A stretch of 64,000 nt of DNA from assembly GCF_006345805.1 (NCBI RefSeq), contig NC_043009.1, positions 310,001-374,000 of the forward strand, in the 5' to 3' direction. The stretch is from Octopus sinensis. Its lineage: Eukaryota. The notes below the pieces were generated by a model. It was not told where the DNA came from, made no database searches, and saw nothing but the letters and a program-made list of their open reading frames with translations. A program made the translations under genes and the position numbers. Positions 53,301-64,000 of this stretch are shown piece after piece. Positions within the stretch are counted from its first letter, which is position 1. Every line of letters begins with the position of its first letter.

Positions 53301-54545
53301 CTTACGAATTTTACAAAACTATGCCAGACTTGTTCGGGCACATGCTGGCCAGCGTCTACGCCAATTGGCAGCAGAATGGGAGAATTCCCAAGTCTGCGAG
53401 CCGAGGGGTGGTGACGTTGATCAAGAAGGACCTGAGCAAGGGGGACGAGATAGGGAACTTCAGGCCCATAACTCTGCTGAACACGGAGTTAAAGATTTTG
53501 GCCAAGGTGCTATCGAATAGGTTGGCGCGGCTCGTGGGCAAACTTGTCGGGGAAGCGCAATAGCGCGCTATCCGGGCAGGACGATCCACGACAATCTCCA
53601 CCTTATACGCTACTCCTTCAAGAGGGTGGGGAAGCTCTCTGGCGCAAGGGGGGGGGGCACTGATACATTTAGACCAGTCTAAGGCATTCGATAGGGTCGA
53701 CCATCGGTACTTGGCGGCGGTCTTCGAGGAGGCTGGCCTGGGCCCGACCTTCCGCGGTTGGATTGCTGCATTGTACAGCGACATCGATTCCGTCTTAAAA
53801 GTGAATGGTTTCCTTTCGAAGCAATTCAGGATCGAGTGCTCAGTGCGCCAGAGATGTCCCGTGACCCCGCTTTTGTATGTATTGGCTCTCGAGCCATTAT
53901 TGCGGAAGTTGGAGGCACTAGGGGGCGCACCGCATGATCTATTGTGCGGAAGAGGAGCTACGGCGTATGCGGATGACATCTCCATCATCGTGGCGGATGA
54001 GGGCCAGCTTCCAGTGGTGGAAGAGGCTATCAAACGTTAGGAGACGGTGGCTGGAGCAAAGGTTAACAAGGACAAGTCAATTGGTTTGCAGCTCGGCACC
54101 TGGAGGGGCAAGCTGATGCCGTCCAATAACGTCGTGGGGCGTTGGACGGAAGGTCCTGTTAAGCTGCTCGAAGTCTGGTTCGGGCCAGACCTCCGGATAG
54201 AGAAAAATTGGAGTGAGGTGGCCAACAAGGTGACTGCTCTAACCCAGACCTTGTCTGGGCGAGCGTTATCCTTGCTAGGAAAGGCGGAGGTGGTGCAGAT
54301 GTTTATAGCATCGGTTATCACCTACCGTCTGGCCGTGGTGTCTTACCCCGATTTGTGGCTGAACAAGTTGGAGAGAATTTTTTCCGCTTTTTGTGGAAAG
54401 GAGGAAAGCCACTCGTGAAGCGCTCTGTCTGCTGTCAGGAACCGCTAAAGGGTGGGCTAGGGATGCCTTGGCTGAGAATGCGAAAATTCGCGTGAAGGTT
54501 GAGGCACCTCTGGCTTTACCTGGATGCAGAGCAGGTGTGGTCTCG
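50331..54545 (+). mobile_element. L1/Tx1-clade LINE, 5'-complete and 3'-truncated, degraded
   Basis: 5' monomer repeats; ORF1 ~50710-52120 with a degenerate knuckle FYECGKKGHIRKNC; ORF2 from 52123 with AP endonuclease (NVRGL, ETK, GDYN, LDRI, TDHK) and RT (RPITLLN, DQSKAFDRVDH, YADD at 53966-53977). Confidence 0.9.
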
Positions 54546-56755
54546 GGTTGCAATTTAGATATCTGTATGTTAAGGCTTGCAATCAAGATATAAATTATAT
54601 AGGCCCCAGTGAACTGTTTTCCCAGGGGCCTCAAGTGTCTAGAGGTCCAACTCAGATCTATGTATGCTGTACCTTACTGTCAATAAATAAATACTCTAAG
54701 GCTTCCACATATTTTCGTCTACCAAATTCATTCAAAAGGCGTTTGTCGGGCCGAGGTTATAGTAGAAGACTACATCTTAAGGTGTGCGGCGCAGTATGGG
54801 GAGAAGATTTCAAAGGTAAGAATTATTAATAAATTTATAATTTAGGGTATCTAAGAGATACCGCCACGCTGGAAATAGCAGCAAAAATCTGACTCTAAAA
54901 CTACATTAAATATTCATAGAGCACCAGGAGATAAGACAAACTGACAACATAAACTAGCAAAAAAATTACTGGATCCAGTGATAGCAGTAGTGGTAATGGT
55001 GGTGGTGGTAGTATTTTGTTGTTGTTGTTTAAACTCATTTCAACCGTGTTTGGCCAGATCTGTGATCAAAGTGTTTCCAACCATGACTGTCTTGTCTTTT
55101 CCTCCCTGACACTAAGTACCTTATCATTGTATCCATTATCCAATGCATCTTCCCTCTTCTTTTAAGACAGTAAACTTTGATTTTGATACCTTACCACGCT
55201 TATTTCACTCACCTACCCCCTCCCCATACTCTATCCCTTGCACCTCTCCCTCCCTTCTCCCCACCACTCCCCCCTCTGGACTGCAACCCGCCATTCTACC
55301 CACCTTCCATTTTGCTACACCGAAATCAACGCCGTCTTTTCACTTAACACCCTTTGCCTTTCTTCCTTTCTATCTGCTGTTGACGAAGGAATATTGTCTT
55401 CTCTGGAACTTTCCCACGGTGTTGTCCGGAAAGTTCATGCCGACTTATAGTAGCTTACTTTTCGACTTATTTTAGAACACGGTTGAGTCCATAAAATAGG
55501 ATTTGACTGCAACCTCCATTTAGAGCACAGTTTAAGCTATCTTTTCGTGGAAGAAGGTTTATGTTCCTATAATCTGTGTTAATTCTGTAACTTTTTAAAA
55601 TGGAAAATAAGAAAGTTCATCTTCGGCACTTGATGCTTTGGAAACCAGACAAAAAATTGCTGCACTCGGTTGGAATGTGTTACTCCAGCCTCCATATTCA
55701 CCAGATATTGCTCCTTCGGATTTCCACTTATTCAGGTCTCTGCAGAATAGTCTTAATGGTAAAAATTTCAATTCCTTGGATGACGTAAATATGACACCTT
55801 GATGAATTCTTTGCCATGAAACCACCCCAATTCTGGGAAGAGGGTATTTTCAAGTTAAAGAAAAGATGGAGACCCATTGTGAAACAAAAGGGTTTATATT
55901 TGGTTGATTAAAAATTCAATGGCAAGTATTTATTGACCTTTTTCTTTCTTTTAAAAATCGGCACGAACTTTCCGGACAACCAAATATATTTGAAGATCTA
56001 CACTTGTACACTATTTTCTTGCTTTTTGTATATCTTTCTTTACTCCTTGGGGCAAGATGGCGAGATTGCTGGGGTGGGGTTCCATGTTACAAGAGTCGGG
56101 TATTTAGTTCCTGGCCCAGGCCACTTGGCAGTAGGTAAATGTCAAGTTCCTTTATTCCTTCCTAAGCGTTAAATTAATCAGTTAGTAGCGTTTGTTGTTT
56201 TCGTGTTAACTTATAGAATACACACACACGCACACACACTCACACACACACACATATATATGTATATACATGTATACATACATACACACACACATACATA
56301 TACATATGCAAATACAAATAACCACGCGCCACACACACAAATACACGCTCACAGGCATACATAAATACATGCATATATATTCATACGTTCACATGGGAAT
56401 TTGCAAACCTGTTTTTGTCTCTGTGCACGATTGTTTGCGCATTTGTGTGCGCGCCCATGCCTATATATATATATATATATATATATATGTAATTGCCTTG
56501 TTTGTATTCGGTGGAAGAGCCACACCTACAATAGTCAGGGCTGAAAATTACGTAGAAAGGAAGAAAATAAAAAGGGTTGCCGTCTTCTAACCTAACAATT
56601 CGCTTCAGTTACATCGGCTGACAACTACACTTGAAGGAGCAACAGTTTTGCGTCCAGTCAAAAGAAAAAACAAAACTATCCTATAGTCTTAAAAATAATC
56701 AGCGTTCGGCGTTAATTTTCCTACATACAGTAATAAAACTAAAAATCTTACCACC

Positions 56756-56792
56756 ATGAACGGATTATATTATGGAATATGCCTTTTATTCG
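56756..56792 (+). CDS. Exon 1 of paralog copy 2 (MNGLYYGICLLF-)
   Basis: Identical to 5274-5310, including Kozak context and donor. Confidence 0.8.
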
Positions 56793-56842
56793 GTAAGTTG
56801 TATTAACATCTAGAACTTTTGGGAGAGAATGAGAAACAGAGG

Positions 56843-56898
<56 letters not shown>

Positions 56899-59800
56899 GA
56901 CGATAGTGTTTTACATTTCTTTGTTTATAATTTTAAGTGCAAAGCCAGCAAATTTGAATAAGGCGGACTTAGTCGAATCGGTTTTTATTTTCGATGACGT
57001 AAAAAGATACCTTGATGAATTCTTTGCCATCAAACCACCTCAATTCTGGAAAGAGAGTGATTTCAAGTTAAAGGAAAATACGGAGACACATTGTGCAACA
57101 AAATAGTTCATATCTGGTTGATTAAAATTTAATGACAAGTAATTTTTTACCTTTTTCTTTCCTCTAAAAATCGGCACGAACTTTCCGGTCAACCCAATAT
57201 ATATTTACTCGACAATAAACGTGGCGTGCAAAGAAGTTTATTCTATTCTATTTTATTTCGTTTTGTTTATTTACTTATTTATTTATTCATTTTGTAATAT
57301 AACCGAACAATCACTTTATTCTTACTGAACCAGTCATTTCGAAAAGTTTTAATTATTTTTCTACTTTTTTGTTGTTGAAACTATTCTATTGCCATTTCCA
57401 ACCGCGTTCGCGATTTTTCACGAGACATGTTTAAAAATTTGCTAAAAGAGATCAGTGAAAATACTTTTTTTAAACATGGCTTAAATTAATTCAGTGAAAT
57501 GAGCTGAACAGTGCAGTTAGCGGACATTAGCAGCTAGAACATCAGAACTATAAGTCTTTTGCCACCATATTTTTGAAAAGATATACTGCTTTATCCCAAT
57601 TAGTTTTGAAATTAATAAAGAAGGATGGTTTCAAATTTTGGCATGAGCCCAGCAATTTTAAGGGAGTTGGACAAGTCAATTAAATCGAGCTTAATTAAAT
57701 TGGAGTTTAAGGCTGCGCATTGGCGGAATCAGTAACGAATTGAACAAAATACCAAGCGGCATTTCTTCCGGTCTTTACGTTTTGCGTTCAAATTCCACCG
57801 AGGGTGATTTTTACATTTCATCCTTTCCTGGTTTACTGACCACTGACGTCGATATAATCGACTTATCCCATCCACTGAAACTGCTGGTTTTGTGCCAAAA
57901 TCTAAAACTGTTATTAATCTAGTGTGCTGAGTATAACAATTAACATGGAATTTCAGTGGAAGGGGTTAATTTTGATTTCTTTTAATCAAGTCTATATCGT
58001 AGAAAAAGGAGTGGTGGCCTGGGGTGGGTTGGTATCAAAAAGGTTAACAAATTAAAGGGCTCAATATTGAAAACATTATAGTCGAAATATTCAGCAATGA
58101 AGGAATGAATGCTTAAAAAGGTATTAAAAAGGGTAAGTATTCAATACAGACAGCAGTGGATCCTCACCGTTTGACGACGAGGATTTGGTTGTTCTATCAA
58201 CAGAATTGTTTGTCTCTTAATTAGAGAGTGAATTACTGCGTATTCCTCAGACACGAGCAACTTCCCGTAATTCTCCGCCAGAACCAGCTTCACACATCGA
58301 GCGTGACCAGGCCGTACATTTTGAATTACAGGAAACTTTTGAATTCATGCGTTTGTACATTTTCCGTCTACCCAACTTTATGAACTGGAAGGAGGCTGCC
58401 CAAAAAGACATTTGCCCAGGATCTCAGGCAGAAGGATCAAACGCGTGGCCTCATTCAAACGCGGTCTTCATAAACAATCGGCCGTGCTTCGTCTACTTAT
58501 ACATATACATGTTGCCTGAGTATACTTGGAAGTGTACTGTGTTTTTCAACACAGTAGGTCTTTAAAGGAGGGCTTTTCCTGGACGAAATACACAAGCCCC
58601 GCCCCCACACACATACACGTGATGTTTGGTTGCGCAATCAGCATGACGTTTCCTTAACGAGTTTCATGATTGGCTAGTTGCAATTTGACGTGAACAGCAT
58701 ATGCGACGGTACGTGTCGGTCGATGTTTCGTCCCACTTAAACTGTAATTATATAACTTTTAAACATGATATTAGTTATAAAGACATTCTGTTGCATTTTC
58801 TAAATAAATACACCATAACCAAACGTTCTCACTTGTTAAATAAACACTAATAACTAAAAGCCGGAAGAATAAGGATGAGAAAGAGTTGGTAGAGAAATAA
58901 TAAAAGAAAATGGAATACGATATACAAGGAAAAAAAGAGTGACTAAAGAGGCGACACTTTATTCCACGTTGCTCCAGTTGTAGAAACGTCTCTGGTGCCA
59001 AACTGTATCGGCCTTGGCTTTCACTTGGATAACATTAGTGGCGACTGGTATGCATGGACGGCTGCTGGCCTTCCATAAATAACCTTGCCTGGAATATATC
59101 TTATTCCATTTTCTTTCATCATTTTCCTACCAACTCTTTCTCATCCTCATTCTTCCGACTTTTAGTTTATTAGTATTTATTTAACAAGCATGGACGTTTG
59201 GTTATGGTGCAGAGGATTGCGGTCACCATCAGGAGAGACCATGTGTGAATCCGACGGTAGTGGGCATAGATATTTAGGGATTTTGGAGCAGGATGACATT
59301 CTACACAAAGAAATGAAAGTCAAGGTCAGCGAGGAGTATCAAAAAAGGGTGAAGATGGTGCTGACATCCAACCTGAATGTCAAGAATTTGATTACTGCAA
59401 TGAATATCTGGGCAGTTGCGGCGATCAGATATAGTGCGTCCATCCTAAAATGGACAAAAGAGAATATATGAACACTGCATAGAAGGACGAGAAAATTCAT
59501 GACGCCGCATGGGGCGCTACTCTCTAAACCAAACGTAATACCTGTCATACCGTCTACTCAATGCCTGTCATACCGTCTATCATTTTTGTAATAGACTTTT
59601 GAGGTCCTTCAACTTTCATGATACTTTGTTTCGTGTGGGGAGACCACAGTAGACAACAGTATTCAGGCTAAGGTCGGGCAAAAGTGGAGAAGAGAAGGAT
59701 AATGGTGTGGATATCTCATGACTGGAAAGTTATGAGAATCCAGAAACACATTCCGCAGGCCATGTCAACTTTGCTGTTTATATGAGAGGCCCAGCTTATG

Positions 59801-60559
59801 CTGTTGTCCACAATTACTCCCAATATTCTGATGTTGTTGGATGGCACGAGAGTTTCACCTGAAGGAAGGGAGTATGGGAGTTTCAGGGTGTCTTCTTTTC
59901 CGAAGTGGATTAATTAGAATTTTGTCCTCGTTCAGCAGCATATTATTCTTTTCCGACCATTGGATGACAGCCGGTAGATCTGACTGAATGTATGTCCGGT
60001 CACCCACTTCCTTGATGACCTTCTGGATCTTAGAATTGTCAACAAAGATTCTTATGTTGCTGTGCTTGATGATGTCAGCAATGTCATTGATGTAGATGAT
60101 GAAAAGAAGTGGGCCAAACATAGCGCCTTCTGGAACACTACTACTGACTTTGGCTGGGCTTGATTTTACTCATTCGACTACAACTTGTTGGGTTCCGTCT
60201 GTCAGGAAACACTTGATCCGTTGTAGTAATCCAATGCTGAAATCAAGGTATTCAAGCCCTCTCCCAAAGCTCTCAAACTGTCATCAAAGTGATACAGGAG
60301 CTGTATTAGGCAGTTCCTTCCATTACAGTACCCGTGTTGGTCTGGGTTCAGCACTTTCAAGAAAGTGGGTTTTTCGTGATCTCACCACTCTCTCAAATAC
60401 CTTGATAATATGAGATGAGTGCGGTCGCACTGTAGTTCACTGCAAGGGACTTGTTTCCCGTTTTGAAAATCGGGACAACAGACTGGGACAAAACCGGTAC
60501 AGTCTATATATGTATGTAATATGTATGTATTTGTAGGGACAAAACTTCAAAATCAAATC

Positions 60560-61240
60560 TAATTTTACTTGTGCTTCAGAAAACAGAATGTATGTCATAA
60601 ATTGCTCGGGCTGCCACCAAAACTACATGGAGCCCACAGGATTATCGCTCAGACAACATATTGCATCCCCAGAATACAGAATGATACCCTTTGGTGAACA
60701 CATTGAGAAATGCGCAAAGCCACTACTACCACAATTTATAATCTTTCAAATTATATCAAGGTGCTGCTGGAACACCAACACATGTTATATTAAACAAGGA
60801 AACGCTCTTCATTGAAAAATACAAACCAAAACTTAATCATTTCTAACATGTTTAAATAAGGAAACTCACCTCATTGAAAACAATATGAAGCAAAATCTAA
60901 CAACATTCTATTCTTTCTAATCTAAAGCATGTTTAACTAGTCATTCCCAACATGTTTGATTATCTCCCCTTATACCGGAAAAAATCCCTGATTACCTTCC
61001 CTTGCCCGGAACTCCATATATCACAGCATAGTGAAGACATGACAGGATGTAGGTAAAGAAATTTCAGAACTTTTGAAAAGAAAACACGAAACCGGTTATT
61101 TCTTCAAAATCTGTTACGATACACAAAATTTTATAACATTTTTCCAAACACAACGACTTAAATACATTCTTTAACCATATAACACAAGCTTTCTGTAGTT
61201 TTTTCACTCTTTTTTTATTTTAGATATATTTATAAATATA
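60560..61240 (+). mobile_element. Penelope-like GIY-YIG remnant + 3' region, present only in duplication copy 2
   Basis: YVINCSGCHQNY..TGLSLRQ..PEYRMIPFGEHIEKCAK. Confidence 0.65.
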
Positions 61241-61293
61241 TATATATATGTACGCGTATATATATGTATGTATATGTACATATAAATGTATAT

Positions 61294-61333
<40 letters not shown>

Positions 61334-61509
61334 GTATCCTTGTATATCTATATATATGCATGTTTATACTTGCATATATATGTATCTATATATATATACA
61401 TATATATATACATATATATATATGTACATATATATGTATATATATATATATATATTCTATATATATATATATATAATGTATAGTATATAATAATGTATAT
61501 ATACATGTA

Positions 61510-61621
<112 letters not shown>

Positions 61622-62070
61622 TTATATATTATATATTTATATATATATAAACATACATAGGCGCATGGCTCAGAGTCTAGAGCGTCGACATTACGATCGT
61701 GAGTTTGTGAGTTCGAATCCCAGACCGGGATGCGAGTTGCCTTCTTGAGCAAGACACTTTATTTCATGCTGCTCCAATTCACTCAGCTGTAGAAATGAGT
61801 TGCGACGTCACTGGGGCGAAGCTGTATCGGTGTTTGCCTTTCCCTTTCGATAACAATGGTGGCGTGGAGAGGGGAGGCTGGCATGCATGGGTGACTGCTG
61901 GTCTTCCATAAACAACCTTGCCCGGATTAGTATCTGGGAAGGTAACTTTCTAAGTGCAATCCCATGCTAAGTCATGACCGAAGGGGGTCTCAGACAGACA
62001 GACACACACACACAAACACACACGCACACACACATACATACACACACATATATATATATATATAATACAC

Positions 62071-62106
<36 letters not shown>

Positions 62107-62138
62107 ATTTATGTAATGCATATTATTTTTTGTTTCAG

Positions 62139-62244
62139 TGATTGGCTGTGCCATGGCTGACTGCAACATGCAAAAGATGATGGAATGCCAAAGTCAATAC
62201 GCTCCGAAGATGCAAGACGGCGGAGATAAAGAGACTATGTGCAA
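62139..62244 (+). CDS. Exon 2 of paralog copy 2 (VIGCAMADCNMQKMMECQSQYAPKMQDGGDKETMCK), frame intact
   Basis: Canonical AG/GT; 106 nt, phase 1 to phase 2; three mature-domain Cys conserved with copy 1. Confidence 0.82.
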
Positions 62245-64000
62245 GTAAGATAAATAAATAAATAAAAAACAAAGAATTTTTTTCATTCTTCCATCGTTCT
62301 CTTCTTCTTAATACATTGTCAGGAGATTTAGTTTCGTACTCATGAGGAGCCAGGTTCGATCCACCTAAGTGGTGCCTATGTCAAGTTTTGTTAACCTCTA
62401 AATCTAGGATTGACTTAATCCGCGTGGCGAGGACACAGCTCCAGTGTTCAGGAATTTGGAAGAACAAGTAGTCTCCCCTTAATTGCGCCCTATTCTTAGT
62501 GACTTTCTGACCCGGAGAGGTACTACTCTACAGTTATAGATCCAGCAACAGATTGATCCTGTGGCCATGGCGTTGCATCAGGTCTACCTGCCAGTGAGTA
62601 TTTTTGTATGGGAGTCAGCGATATAATTGGAAAAAAATACATTCAAAGGGAGAGGCGAAGGTCACTCGTGTGTGTGTGTGAGTGTGTGTGTGTGTGAGTG
62701 TGCGTGTGTGTGAGTGTGTGTGTGTGTGAGTGTTTTTCTATGCTCCTCCCACCACCGCGTAACAACCACTGTTGGATTATTTATGTCTCTATAACTTTGT
62801 TTGTGGAGGTGCGTGGCTTAGTGGTTAGGGTGTCGCCATCATTAGCATAAGAATGTGGTTTCGATTCCTGGACCGGGCGATGCGTTGTGTTCTTGGGTAA
62901 AACACTTCATTTCACGTTGCTCCAGTCCACTCAGCTGGCAAAAATGAGTAGCCCTGCGATGGACTGGCGTCCCGTCCAGCTAGGGTACTCATATACCATC
63001 GAAATAGGGAAACTGGGCCCATGAGCATGGCTAGGCTTTAAAAAGTGCGAATTTATTATTATTTTATTTTTTTGTAATTTTGTTTGGCAAAACCGCCCGA
63101 TAGAATAAGTACTTAGCTTCAAAAGCGAAAGCGAGTACTGGCATCAATTTGTTCGACATCAAAATAGAGCCCCAGGAGGGCCGTCTGATAACTAAAGCAA
63201 GTAAAAGAAAATATGGAGGAAAGGTTATTTATCGTCCATTTTATGGAAAATTAATAACACTAATTTCAAATAATATACACTTTCACACCAGGCGGCGAGC
63301 TAGCAGAACCGTTAGCACGCTGGGCGAAATGCTTTGCGGTATTTCGTCTGCCGCCACGTTCTGAGCTCAAATTCCGCCGAGGTCAACTTTGCCTTTCATC
63401 CTTTCGGAGTCGATTAAATAAGTACCAGTTATACACTGGGGTCAATATAATCGACTTAATTCGTTTGTCTGTCCTTGTTTGTCCCCTGTGTGTTTAGCCC
63501 CTTGTGGGTCGTAAAGAAATAGGTATTTCATCATTCTTTGCGTTCAAATTGCGCAGTGGTCAGCTTTCCCTCTCATCCTTTCGGCATCGATAAATTAAAT
63601 ACCAGCTACGTTCTGGGGTCGTACTGGACCCCACCCCCACAAAAAATTCGTTCTTTGTTTCTAGTGTAGGGAAAGAATACACACTTTCAGTCAACTTAGA
63701 AAACCATCTTTTATTTATTTAATTTTTTTGTTCTTTACTTTTTTCAGTCATTTCAGTGCAGCATGCTGCAACATGGCCTTGAAGGGTTTTAGTCGAACAA
63801 ATCGACCGCAGGACTTATACTTTGCAAACCTAGTACTAACTCTATCGGTGTCTTTTGCCGAAATGCTAAGTTACGGGAACGTAAACACGTCAGAATCGGT
63901 TTCCAAGCGATATCGGGGAGACAAACACAGACACACAGAAAGACACACGCACAAACACGCACACACATATATATTTATATATATATATATATTTATATAT

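Noticed and set aside
61040-61105. Hammerhead remnant (aagaaat...gaaaccggtt atttctt) after the PLE GIY-YIG relic
   Set aside because: The CUGAUGA core is absent.

Overview
This is repeat-rich eukaryotic DNA. The SINE families, microsatellite load and retroelement types suggest a cephalopod (octopus-like) genome, which is an inference. The main host feature is not visible in the ORF track. It is a hand-assembled 4-exon gene (5274-5310, 13590-13694, 17868-17989, 31519-31601, + strand) for a ~115-aa protein with a signal peptide, a 6-Cys domain with neuritin/RGM-N-like spacing (C-x8-C-x7-C core) and a GPI-type hydrophobic tail. A tandem paralog starts ~51.5 kb downstream (exons 56756-56792 and 62139-62244; the rest lies outside the window) inside a segmental duplication (~3346-15470 vs ~54792-64000). 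The paralogs' mature-domain exon is clearly more diverged than the flanking introns. Copy 1 has a 1-nt frameshift in exon 2, either real or an assembly error. The rest is mobile DNA: a 10-kb head-to-tail array of (AAT)n-targeting R4/Dong-like RLE LINEs in the last intron, and a further Dong-like element splitting a Penelope-like element. There are six hammerhead-ribozyme motifs, two of them in a perfect 169-bp-arm palindrome. Three L1/Tx1-like elements are present, one an ORF1-only HAL1-like copy with a 15-bp TSD. Helitron and mariner remnants, a MITE-like hairpin, tRNA-derived SINEs and a 96-bp tandem repeat make up the remainder. All alignments and identities were estimated by eye; no searches were run.
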